This document shows, piece by piece, positions 7,904 to 15,617 of a DNA stretch of 24,000 nucleotides. The stretch covers positions 75,068-99,067 of the forward strand of contig NZ_CABGGS010000006.1 in NCBI RefSeq assembly GCF_902158555.1. Reading direction: 5' to 3'. How positions within the stretch are numbered: the stretch's first letter is position 1; each line of letters starts with the position of its first letter. A program made the translations under genes and the position numbers. The notes beneath the pieces were generated by a model that saw only the letters and a list, made by a program, of their open reading frames with translations, had not been told where the DNA came from and did not search any database. The DNA comes from Klebsiella spallanzanii. GTDB taxonomy: Bacteria; Pseudomonadota; Gammaproteobacteria; Enterobacterales; Enterobacteriaceae.

Positions 7904-8337
7904 AACAGCGCGACGACCTCCTCCCGGCTGCTGGCGGCCCGCAGCTTAGTCATCGTTTCGTTATTATCGAGCAACGCGATAATCGCGCGGATCCCCTCCT
8001 CAATATGGGCATTGCTGTCCTGCGCGCCGAACATAATGACAATATCCGCCTTCTCGCTATCGGCAAACTGAATCGGTTTGTTCAGCACCACCAGGCTAAA
8101 ACAGTTACGCCTTACGCCGCATTCGGGCCTGGCGTGGGGGATCGCCACCCCTTCATCAAAAACGTAATACGCACCATGGTGCAGGGTATTATCAATCACC
8201 GCCCGGCCGTATTCTGCCGAGATATACCCTTTTGCGACCAGCGGACTGGCCGCCAGGTGAATCACCTTCTGCCAGTCGGACTCCGTGACGCCGACCTGAA
8301 TGGCATCGGCCTCAATAAGTAATTCTTTTATCGTCAT
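7900..8337 (-). CDS. PTS EIIA component, fructose/mannitol/ascorbate type (PTS_EIIA_2)
   Basis: 145 aa. The active-site region GVAIPHARPE and the overall length and pattern are typical of UlaC/SgcA/PtsN-type EIIA. A GGGAG Shine-Dalgarno lies 5 nt before the ATG. Confidence 0.8.
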   Translation of the reverse strand: MTIKELLIEADAIQVGVTESDWQKVIHLAASPLVAKGYISAEYGRAVIDNTLHHGAYYVFDEGVAIPHARPECGVRRNCFSLVVLNKPIQFADSEKADIVIMFGAQDSNAHIEEGIRAIIALLDNNETMTKLRAASSREEVVALL

Positions 8338-8360
8338 GATGACTCCCTAAGAATCTAATC

Positions 8361-8630
8361 CTAAATATTGCGGCGAATAACATTGCGCAACTCATCAATA
8401 CGAATAAAAAGCGCATCTATTTCTTGCCGATGTGTTTTGCTTTTGGCATACACCGACAGCGCCCGGTTATACATCAGCATTAACGCTTTCTGTACTTCGC
8501 CATTACCTGGGTTGCCCTGTAATTCGCCTTCCAGCCGGACTATTTCCTCCGCCAGCTGGCGGGACTGTTGGTCATAATCCTGCGGCGGATTATTTTCTTT
8601 TTTCCACAGCGTTTTCAAAGATTCAAACAT
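8361..8630 (-). CDS. Hypothetical 89-aa cytoplasmic protein, predicted helical hairpin; no family recognised
   Basis: Its ATG at 8630 is preceded by a strong GGAGGAG Shine-Dalgarno. It fits exactly into the gap between the aldolase and EIIA genes on the same strand. The sequence has two amphipathic segments separated by GNPGNG and a basic tail RNVIRRNI. Confidence 0.6.
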   Translation of the reverse strand: MFESLKTLWKKENNPPQDYDQQSRQLAEEIVRLEGELQGNPGNGEVQKALMLMYNRALSVYAKSKTHRQEIDALFIRIDELRNVIRRNI

Positions 8631-8687
8631 AGCGAGCTCCTCCCTGGCGAACTACAGGGCAACGGAATACCATTAAATAACGAAGGT

Positions 8688-9530
8688 TTATTTAAACAGA
8701 GCGATTTTTTCCATTAATACATGAGTGACCGCGTTATTCGCCGGAATTAAAAACTTGCGCACGCTGTCATTCACTTTGCCTTTTTCAAAGGTAGTTTTGC
8801 ATTGATCGACCCACTGGACGTTCATTTCCGTGCCGACATTCACTTTATTGATGCCCTCGGTAACGGCCAGGCGCATGTCCTCATCGCTGACGCCGGTACC
8901 GCCATGGAGCACTAACGGCACGCCGGTGGCGGCGCTAATTTCTTTCAGCCGCTGGTGCTGGATCTGCGCCTTGCCGGTATACAGGCCGTGTACCGTCCCC
9001 ACGGAGACCGCCAGCATATCGACCTGTGTCTCATCAACAAAGCGTTTGGCATCTTCCACCGTGGTAAAGCAGATATCTTCCGCAGCCACCGCTTTACCAT
9101 CTTCCGAGCCGCCGATAGCGCCAAGTTCGCCTTCTACCGTGATATTTCGCGGGCGCGCCATCTCTACCACTATCCGCGTATTGCCAATATTTTCCTCCAG
9201 CCCTAAATGGGAACCGTCGTACATTACGGAAGAAAACCCGGCATCCATTGCTGTTTCAATAGCGCTAATATCGGAGCAGTGATCCAGATGCAGGCAGGTC
9301 GGCACATTTTCACTTTCCGCTAATGAACAAACGGCATCCACCAGTAAACGATAACCAAGATATTCCGCCGTCCCGGTCGAGATTTGAATCATTAATGGGC
9401 TATTGCTTTTTTGCGCCGCTTTAAAAAAAGCGGGCAGCATTTCAATACAGTGCAAATTAAACGATCCAATGGCTTTAAATTTTCTTTCCTGCGCAATTTT
9501 CAGAATATCGTTGAAGTTATACAGACTCAT
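8688..9530 (-). CDS. Class II (metal-dependent) ketose-1,6-bisphosphate aldolase, GatY/KbaY/FbaA family
   Basis: CLHLDHCSD (Zn-binding HxDH motif), EGELGAIGG, AVSVGTVHG and PLVLHGGTG motifs are present. Start placed at ATG 9530 (MSLYNF), about 9 nt after GGGG. The alternative ATG at 9536 has only a 3-4 nt spacer. The 5' end overlaps the end of the EIIC gene. Confidence 0.85.
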   Translation of the reverse strand: MSLYNFNDILKIAQERKFKAIGSFNLHCIEMLPAFFKAAQKSNSPLMIQISTGTAEYLGYRLLVDAVCSLAESENVPTCLHLDHCSDISAIETAMDAGFSSVMYDGSHLGLEENIGNTRIVVEMARPRNITVEGELGAIGGSEDGKAVAAEDICFTTVEDAKRFVDETQVDMLAVSVGTVHGLYTGKAQIQHQRLKEISAATGVPLVLHGGTGVSDEDMRLAVTEGINKVNVGTEMNVQWVDQCKTTFEKGKVNDSVRKFLIPANNAVTHVLMEKIALFK

Positions 9531-10884
9531 GAACATTTTCCCCTTTTGGCTTCGCTGATTTACCGTTTACGAACCATGCCAGTGCGGCAACAAAAACAAT
9601 GAATAAGGCGACAAACAACCAGTTATTCTGGAAAGCGTGGCCTAATACCAGACCGGAACTGATCACGTCCGAATCGCTAAAGGTGACGCCGGTAAAGCCG
9701 TAGCTTTCCAGCATCGGCACCAGAATCGCAGGCAGGAAGGTGATAAACAGGCCATGAACCACGCCGCCAATCATCGCCCCGCGGCGGCCTCCCAGCGCGT
9801 TACCAAATACGCCCGCCGTACCGCCAGCAAAGAAGTTGGTTAACAGACCGGGCAGAATCATCGCCAGGCCGAACATCGGGAACACCAGCATGCCGATGAT
9901 GGAGCCGACGGTGGTCGCCAGGAAACCGACAATCACCGCATTGGGCGCATAGGGGAACAGAACCGGGCAATCCAGCGCGGGCTTGGCGTCCGGGACAATG
10001 CGCATTGCGATACCGCGAAATGCCGGAACCAGTTCATTAAGCAGTAAGCGAACGCCGCTGTAGAGCACGAAGACGCCCGCCACAAACTGAATGGACTGCA
10101 TAAAGGCGTACATCAGGTAATTAATACCGTTGGAGAACTGACCAATATATTCCGGGCCCGCCGCGACCGCCGGGATGAGGTACATCGGCACCATCACCAC
10201 CGCCATCGCGAGGTAGGTATCCTGGAGGAACTTAAAGTTATCCGGCAGTTCAAGGTCTTCCGTTGAGCGGGAACCTTTACCCACCACTTTCGCCACCGCC
10301 GCCTGAACAAGATAACCAATGGTACAGAAGTGCCCCAGCGCCACGTCATCAGAGTCGGTAATCCGCCTGACCACCGGCTGTGCCAGCGCGGGCATCAGCA
10401 CCGCCATTACGCCGCCGAAAATCCCGCCAGTTAAAATTAACGGCAGCCCGGTCAGTCCGGCTTTATAGCCAATCACCGCGCCAATAGTCGCCATCCATAG
10501 CAGCGCTTGCCCGGTCAGGAAGATATATTTCAGCGGCGTGAGGCGGGCGATAATAATATTGACGGCAAAGATCACCAGCAGCGTCAGCGCCACTTCAGAA
10601 CCTAATTCCCGATTGGCTAATCCGGCAATAGCGGCAACATCGGTAATGTAGCCTTTCATGCCAAATCCCTGGGTAAAGATATCGTTGAGGAACGTTAGCG
10701 TGGCGACAATAATGTTGATTCCGGCCATCATGATTAAGAAGCCGAGCAGCGTTTTAAACGTTCCTTCTGCCGTTTTGCCCGGTGATTTTTTTTGCAAAAT
10801 CAGGCCCAGCATCGCAATAAAGGCGATTAATATCGAAGCCTGACCGAGCAAGTCTTTGACGATAAACTCTACAAAGCTATTCAT
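9517..10884 (-). CDS. PTS EIIC permease, L-ascorbate (UlaA/SgaT) family
   Basis: 455-aa polytopic membrane protein with the size and N-terminal pattern of UlaA/SgaT-type EIIC. It is flanked by cognate UlaB-like EIIB. Its start overlaps the EIIB stop by 8 nt. Confidence 0.8.
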   Translation of the reverse strand: MNSFVEFIVKDLLGQASILIAFIAMLGLILQKKSPGKTAEGTFKTLLGFLIMMAGINIIVATLTFLNDIFTQGFGMKGYITDVAAIAGLANRELGSEVALTLLVIFAVNIIIARLTPLKYIFLTGQALLWMATIGAVIGYKAGLTGLPLILTGGIFGGVMAVLMPALAQPVVRRITDSDDVALGHFCTIGYLVQAAVAKVVGKGSRSTEDLELPDNFKFLQDTYLAMAVVMVPMYLIPAVAAGPEYIGQFSNGINYLMYAFMQSIQFVAGVFVLYSGVRLLLNELVPAFRGIAMRIVPDAKPALDCPVLFPYAPNAVIVGFLATTVGSIIGMLVFPMFGLAMILPGLLTNFFAGGTAGVFGNALGGRRGAMIGGVVHGLFITFLPAILVPMLESYGFTGVTFSDSDVISSGLVLGHAFQNNWLFVALFIVFVAALAWFVNGKSAKPKGENVHESV

Positions 10885-11191
10885 AGTCCGCTACCTTCAG
10901 GTTATGCTCTTTTAAGAATGCAACGATCTTAGTTTCAATCTCATCTTTATCCGTGAGCTTATTCAGTACGACGACGCGCTTAATTTCCTCCTCGCTGGCA
11001 TCGGCCGTTAATATATCGGCAAAGGTTTTTTGCGTCAGGATCATATCGGATTTAAATGCCCCAGCTTCAGAAACGGTGGTGTGTTCAATATGCGCCGGAA
11101 TTTCCAGTTTCTTTAAAACAGCTTTTGCCGTCATTTCAATGGCAAAGCTTGAACCGAGGCCGCAGCCACATACGCAAAGAATTTTTAGCAT
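10877..11191 (-). CDS. PTS EIIB component, UlaB/lactose-type (PTS_IIB) with N-terminal active-site Cys
   Basis: 104 aa from ATG at 11191, preceded by GAGGAG with a 7-nt spacer. MLKILCVCGCGLGSSFAIEM matches the UlaB signature (ILAVCGNGQGSS). Confidence 0.8.
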   Translation of the reverse strand: MLKILCVCGCGLGSSFAIEMTAKAVLKKLEIPAHIEHTTVSEAGAFKSDMILTQKTFADILTADASEEEIKRVVVLNKLTDKDEIETKIVAFLKEHNLKVADYE

Positions 11192-11202
11192 GTAGGGTCT
11201 CC

Positions 11203-12183
11203 TCAAATAATATTGAGTTGTTTGGCAAGTTTATAATGGTGTCCTTCGGTATCAACCAGACGTTTTTTCATACTAACTAAATCAATCGGAATCGGTTTGT
11301 TACTTGAATTAATTATAATGGCTTTATTTTTCATCCCGGACTGGATACAACGAACCACTTCGCTGGCCATAATCGTGCCCTGATAAATTTCTTCGCAGGT
11401 TGGGTCACCACTGCGTAAACCGTAGCCCACGATGGTTTTACGAATCCGTACGCCAATTCTCGGTTCAAGCTGCTTTATCATGGTATCAATGGCCCCCTGG
11501 AATCCGGGGGAGTACTCCCTGGTGTAGCCTTCGGAGCAGAGAATCACAACGCTGTTCTGCCTGGCCAGTTTCTGCTTTACGCGCTCGGCCAACGTTTCCA
11601 GCGGCATCTGTGATTCCGGGATAAGGGCAATATCAGCATTACATTTTATCGCCGACTGCAACGTTAGCTCTCCACAATAACCTCCTAATATTTCAACCAT
11701 AAATACGCGGCCCGGCAATGCTCTTCCGGTATTTCTTAAACGGGAGACTTCTTTAATAATCTGCTCACAAGCGGTAGAGAAACCAATGGTATAATCGCTA
11801 CCGTACACATCGTTATCAATCGTCATCCCAACGCCAAAACAGTTAATATCAAATTCGCTGAGGGTATTAAGAAACTGGAGGCTACCGTCACCGCCGGCCA
11901 TAATCAGCACATCAACACGCAGTGATTTAATTTTTTTGGCAATAACTTCATATTCACTACGCTGTAGTTTTCGGCTAGTACGTCCGGAGGTAATAATCGG
12001 AATAGCGGCAATCGAGAAATCGACCAGATCGCGCCAGGCGACCACTTGATGTTTTTTATCCAACAGTCCAGGTATTCCACCATTAAAAATGGTGATCTCA
12101 GCATTCGCCATTTTGGCAATCTGGAATATAAAATTATTAATTCCAGAGACATCTCCACCACTAATAACAATGCCAATTTTCAT
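11203..12183 (-). CDS. ATP-dependent phosphofructokinase-family (PfkA-type) sugar-phosphate kinase; divergent, substrate uncertain
   Basis: 326 aa from ATG at 12183, preceded by GGAGG. PfkA motifs are present: KIGIVISGGDVSGINN, LIMAGGDGSLQ, GVGMTIDNDV and TIGFSTA. However, VEILGGYCGELTL replaces the canonical VEVMGRYCGDLTL. The gene is very AT-rich. Confidence 0.8.
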   Translation of the reverse strand: MKIGIVISGGDVSGINNFIFQIAKMANAEITIFNGGIPGLLDKKHQVVAWRDLVDFSIAAIPIITSGRTSRKLQRSEYEVIAKKIKSLRVDVLIMAGGDGSLQFLNTLSEFDINCFGVGMTIDNDVYGSDYTIGFSTACEQIIKEVSRLRNTGRALPGRVFMVEILGGYCGELTLQSAIKCNADIALIPESQMPLETLAERVKQKLARQNSVVILCSEGYTREYSPGFQGAIDTMIKQLEPRIGVRIRKTIVGYGLRSGDPTCEEIYQGTIMASEVVRCIQSGMKNKAIIINSSNKPIPIDLVSMKKRLVDTEGHHYKLAKQLNII

Positions 12184-12522
12184 TGCCCGCCTCCGTTGTT
12201 TTCTCTGCCAACATTTTTCCTCGACTTCAAGCCTGTTATTTGCAATAGAGATCACAATATGCCGATAATTTCGCTCCAGCCTAATATTGACAACCGATTT
12301 ATTACGCTATTTTTTGTGATCAATATCTCTTTTATAAAGTGAGATCGGCTTAACAGTTAATTTTTTATTCTGTTTAAGATCATTAAGTTACTTAATTCGA
12401 TAATTCCCTGTGCTGGCTGCGTGTTTCTGCCAATAAATCCTTTTTTGCGGAAAGAAAGAAATGTGATAAACCGCGCATTTTTTTACGGCAGGAAGGTTTT
12501 CCTCTAACCTGCCCGCTCTGAA

Positions 12523-12542
12523 TTTGTGTGCCTGCGCACAAA
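12523..12542. promoter_or_regulatory. Near-perfect 20-bp palindrome TTTGTGTGCCTGCGCACAAA in the divergent control region
   Basis: Eight of 10 symmetric positions pair. It lies 113 bp upstream of the frvA ATG. Function unknown. Confidence 0.3.
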
Positions 12543-12560
12543 GTACGCTTGAGCTTACCG

Positions 12561-12592
12561 GGCAAAATGTCACCGAGCGCTGACATATTGCC
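12561..12592. promoter_or_regulatory. Large inverted repeat GGCAAAATGTCA-N8-TGACATATTGCC upstream of frvA; operator or 5'-UTR hairpin candidate
   Basis: 12-bp arms with 11 of 12 positions complementary and an 8-nt spacer. It ends 63 bp upstream of the frvA ATG. Confidence 0.35.
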
Positions 12593-12654
12593 GCTCATCT
12601 CTTCATCGTCTCACCGTTAAAATCGTATGAAACAGGTTTTAACGGAGTCTCACC

Positions 12655-13101
12655 ATGGCAGCCCTTACAGCGAACTGTATTGACCTGAATATTCAGGGCA
12701 ATAGCGTTTATTCCATCCTCAAGCAGTTGGCGGACATAGCCTTTCATAATGGTTACGTCAGCGACCGTAATCAGTTTTTGCAAACGCTGTTGCTGCGCGA
12801 AAAGCTGCACTCTACCGGATTTGGTTCAGGCATCGCCGTTCCTCACGGCAAAAGCGCCTGCGTGAAGCAGCCCTTCGTGCTGTTTGCGCGTAAATCAGCA
12901 GATGTTGACTGGAAGGCCAGCGACGGCGAAGACGTCAACTGCTGGATCTGCCTCGGCGTGCCGCAAACCGGCGAGGACGATCAGGTCAAAATCATCGGCA
13001 CCTTGTGCCGCAAAATTATCCATCAGGATTTTATCAACCAGTTGAAACAGGGCGACGCCAACCAGGTACTTGCCCTGCTCAATCAGACCTTAACCTCATA
13101 A
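12655..13101 (+). CDS. frvA: PTS fructose-like EIIA component FrvA
   Basis: 148 aa, the same length as E. coli FrvA. It has the EIIA-2 active site GSGIAVPHGKS and a GGAG Shine-Dalgarno, and is first in a four-gene set with frvABXR order and sizes. Confidence 0.85.
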   Translation: MAALTANCIDLNIQGNSVYSILKQLADIAFHNGYVSDRNQFLQTLLLREKLHSTGFGSGIAVPHGKSACVKQPFVLFARKSADVDWKASDGEDVNCWICLGVPQTGEDDQVKIIGTLCRKIIHQDFINQLKQGDANQVLALLNQTLTS

Positions 13102-13111
13102 GGAAGCGGCT

Positions 13112-14557
13112 ATGGAGTCATCCTTACGTTTAGTGGCGATCACCAACTGTCCTGCGGGAATCGCCCACACCTATATGGTGGCGGAAGCGCTGGAGCAAAA
13201 AGCGCGTTCGCTCGGCCATACCATTAAAGTCGAAACCCAGGGTTCAAGCGGCGTGGAAAACCGGCTGACCAGTGAGGAAATTGCCGCCGCGGATTACGTG
13301 ATTCTGGCAACAGGCCGCGGCTTAAGCGGTGAAGACCGCGCGCGCTTCGCCGGGAAAAAGGTCTACGAGATCGCCATTTCTCAGGCGCTGAAAAATATTG
13401 ACCAGATTTTTATGCAGTTGCCTTCACATTCACAGCTGTTTGCCGCCGATAGTGGCGTCAAGCTGGGTAAACAGGATGTACAGCAGGGAAGCGTGATGAG
13501 CCACCTGATGGCGGGCGTTTCCGCCGCGCTGCCGTTTGTTATCGGCGGCGGTATTCTGGTCGCCATCGCCAATATGCTGGTGCAGTTCGGTTTACCCTAT
13601 ACGGATATGTCGAAAGGCGCGCCGTCTTTTACCTGGGTCGTCGAATCCATCGGCTATCTCGGTTTCACCTTTATGATCCCGATTATGGGCGCATACATCG
13701 CGTGGTCGATTGCCGATAAACCGGCGTTCGCCCCGGCGTTTCTGGTGTGCTATCTGGCGAACGATAAAGGATTGTTAGGTACCCAATCCGGTGCGGGATT
13801 TCTCGGCGCGGTCGTGCTGGGGCTGGCAATCGGCTACTTCGTGTTATGGTTTCGCAAGGTACGTCTCGGCAAGGCGCTTCAGCCGCTGCTCGGCTCGATG
13901 CTGATCCCGTTCGTCACTCTGCTGGTGTTTGGCGTGCTGACGTACTACGTCGTCGGACCAGTGATGTCCGACATCATGGGTGGTCTGCTGCACTTCCTGA
14001 ACACTATTCCGCCATCAATGAAAATGGGCGCAGCTTTCCTTGTTGGCGCAATGCTGGCGTTCGACATGGGCGGACCGATCAACAAAACCGCGTGGTTCTT
14101 CTGCTTCTCGCTGCTGGAAAAACATATCTATGACTGGTACGCCATCGTCGGCGTGGTGGCGCTGATGCCGCCCGTCGCCGCAGGCATCGCTACCTATTTA
14201 GCGCCAAAACTGTTTACCCAGCAGGAGAAGGCCGCCGCCAGCAGCGCGATTGTGGTCGGTGCAACCGTCGCCACCGAACCGGCGATCCCTTACGCGCTGG
14301 CCGCGCCGCTGCCGATGATTACCGCCAATACACTCTCCGGAGGCATTACCGGCATGCTGGTGATCGCCTTCGGAATCAAACGTCTTGCGCCGGGTTTAGG
14401 TATCTTTGACCCGCTGATCGGCCTGATGTCGCCTGTAGGTTCATTTTATCTGGTGCTGGCAATAGGCCTGGCGCTAAACATTTCGCTAATCATCATTCTG
14501 AAAGGATTGTGGCTCAAACGTAAAGCCGCGCAGCAGGAGCTTGCCCATGAACATTGA
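13112..14557 (+). CDS. frvB: PTS fructose-like EIIBC component FrvB
   Basis: 481 aa. The N-terminal EIIB(Fru) domain has the active-site motif ITNCPAGIAHTYM, followed by a polytopic EIIC(Fru) domain. Confidence 0.85.
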   Translation: MESSLRLVAITNCPAGIAHTYMVAEALEQKARSLGHTIKVETQGSSGVENRLTSEEIAAADYVILATGRGLSGEDRARFAGKKVYEIAISQALKNIDQIFMQLPSHSQLFAADSGVKLGKQDVQQGSVMSHLMAGVSAALPFVIGGGILVAIANMLVQFGLPYTDMSKGAPSFTWVVESIGYLGFTFMIPIMGAYIAWSIADKPAFAPAFLVCYLANDKGLLGTQSGAGFLGAVVLGLAIGYFVLWFRKVRLGKALQPLLGSMLIPFVTLLVFGVLTYYVVGPVMSDIMGGLLHFLNTIPPSMKMGAAFLVGAMLAFDMGGPINKTAWFFCFSLLEKHIYDWYAIVGVVALMPPVAAGIATYLAPKLFTQQEKAAASSAIVVGATVATEPAIPYALAAPLPMITANTLSGGITGMLVIAFGIKRLAPGLGIFDPLIGLMSPVGSFYLVLAIGLALNISLIIILKGLWLKRKAAQQELAHEH

Positions 14558-15617
14558 GTTACTACAGCAGTTATGCGAAGCCAGCGCCGTCAGCGGTGAT
14601 GAACAGGAAGTCCGCTCGATTTTGATCAATACGCTGGAACCGTGCGTGGATGAAATCACCTTTGACGGCCTCGGCAGCTTTGTCGCCCGCAAAGGGACGC
14701 GCGGGCCGAAAGTCGCCATCGTCGGGCATATGGATGAAGTGGGCTTTATGGTGACGCATATCGACGAGAGCGGTTTTATCCGTTTCACCACCATTGGCGG
14801 GTGGTGGAACCAGTCGATGCTTAATCATCGGGTCACCGTTCGCACTCGCACGGGGGCTAAAATACCCGGCGTGATCGGCTCCGTGGCACCACATGCCCTG
14901 ACGGAAAAGCAGAAACAGCAGCCGCTGTCGTTTGACGAGATGTTTATTGATATTGGCGCAAGCTGCCGCGCAGAGGTGGAAAAACGCGGCATTGCGATCG
15001 GCGATTTCATCAGCCCGGAAGCAAACTTTGCCCGCTGGGGCGAAGATAAGATCGTTGGCAAAGCGCTGGATAACCGCATCGGCTGTGCCCTGATGGCGGA
15101 GCTTTTACAGGCAGTGGATAACCCGGAGATCACCCTGTACGGCGTTGGCAGCGTGGAAGAAGAGGTCGGGCTGCGCGGGGCGCAAACCTCGGCGGAGCAT
15201 ATCAAGCCCGACGTGGTTATCGTGCTGGATACCGCCGTTGCGGGCGACGTGCCCGGCATCGACAGCATCAAATATCCGCTGAAACTCGGCGATGGTCCGG
15301 GGCTGATGCTGTTTGATAAACGCTATTTCCCCAACCAGCAGCTGGTCGCCGCGTTAAAACAGAGCGCCGGAGACAGCGGTGCTCCATTGCAGTTCTGCAC
15401 CATGAAAACCGGGGCAACGGACGGCGGACGTTACAATGTGATGGGCGGTGGTCGTCCGGTGGCTGCGCTGTGCCTGCCGACCCGCTATCTGCACGCCAAC
15501 AGCGGTATGATTTCAGCGACGGACTATAAGGCGTTGTTCACCCTGGTGCGCGAACTGCTGACCTCGCTGACAGCGGATAAAGTGAAAGCCTTCACCGACT
15601 TTCGCCAGGTGAGATAA
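14547..15617 (+). CDS. frvX: M42-family metallo-aminopeptidase/endoglucanase-like protein FrvX
   Basis: 356 aa from ATG at 14547, with AGGAG 8 nt upstream. The track start at 14541 is a TTG. M42 features are present: VGHMDEVGFMV, GKALDNRIG, GSVEEEVGLRGA. It overlaps the frvB end by 11 nt. Confidence 0.85.
   Translation: MNIELLQQLCEASAVSGDEQEVRSILINTLEPCVDEITFDGLGSFVARKGTRGPKVAIVGHMDEVGFMVTHIDESGFIRFTTIGGWWNQSMLNHRVTVRTRTGAKIPGVIGSVAPHALTEKQKQQPLSFDEMFIDIGASCRAEVEKRGIAIGDFISPEANFARWGEDKIVGKALDNRIGCALMAELLQAVDNPEITLYGVGSVEEEVGLRGAQTSAEHIKPDVVIVLDTAVAGDVPGIDSIKYPLKLGDGPGLMLFDKRYFPNQQLVAALKQSAGDSGAPLQFCTMKTGATDGGRYNVMGGGRPVAALCLPTRYLHANSGMISATDYKALFTLVRELLTSLTADKVKAFTDFRQVR

Noticed and set aside
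12441-12490. GCGG...CCGC short stem followed by a T-run (12478-12484) as a possible terminator in the divergent region
   Set aside because: The stem is only 4 bp with a 20-nt loop, and no upstream gene is oriented to need termination here.
12388-12810. Small ORFs of 61, 68 and 71 aa in or overlapping the frv upstream region
   Set aside because: They lack Shine-Dalgarno sequences and have Cys/Arg-rich, odd composition. One overlaps frvA in antisense. The region is better explained as regulatory DNA.
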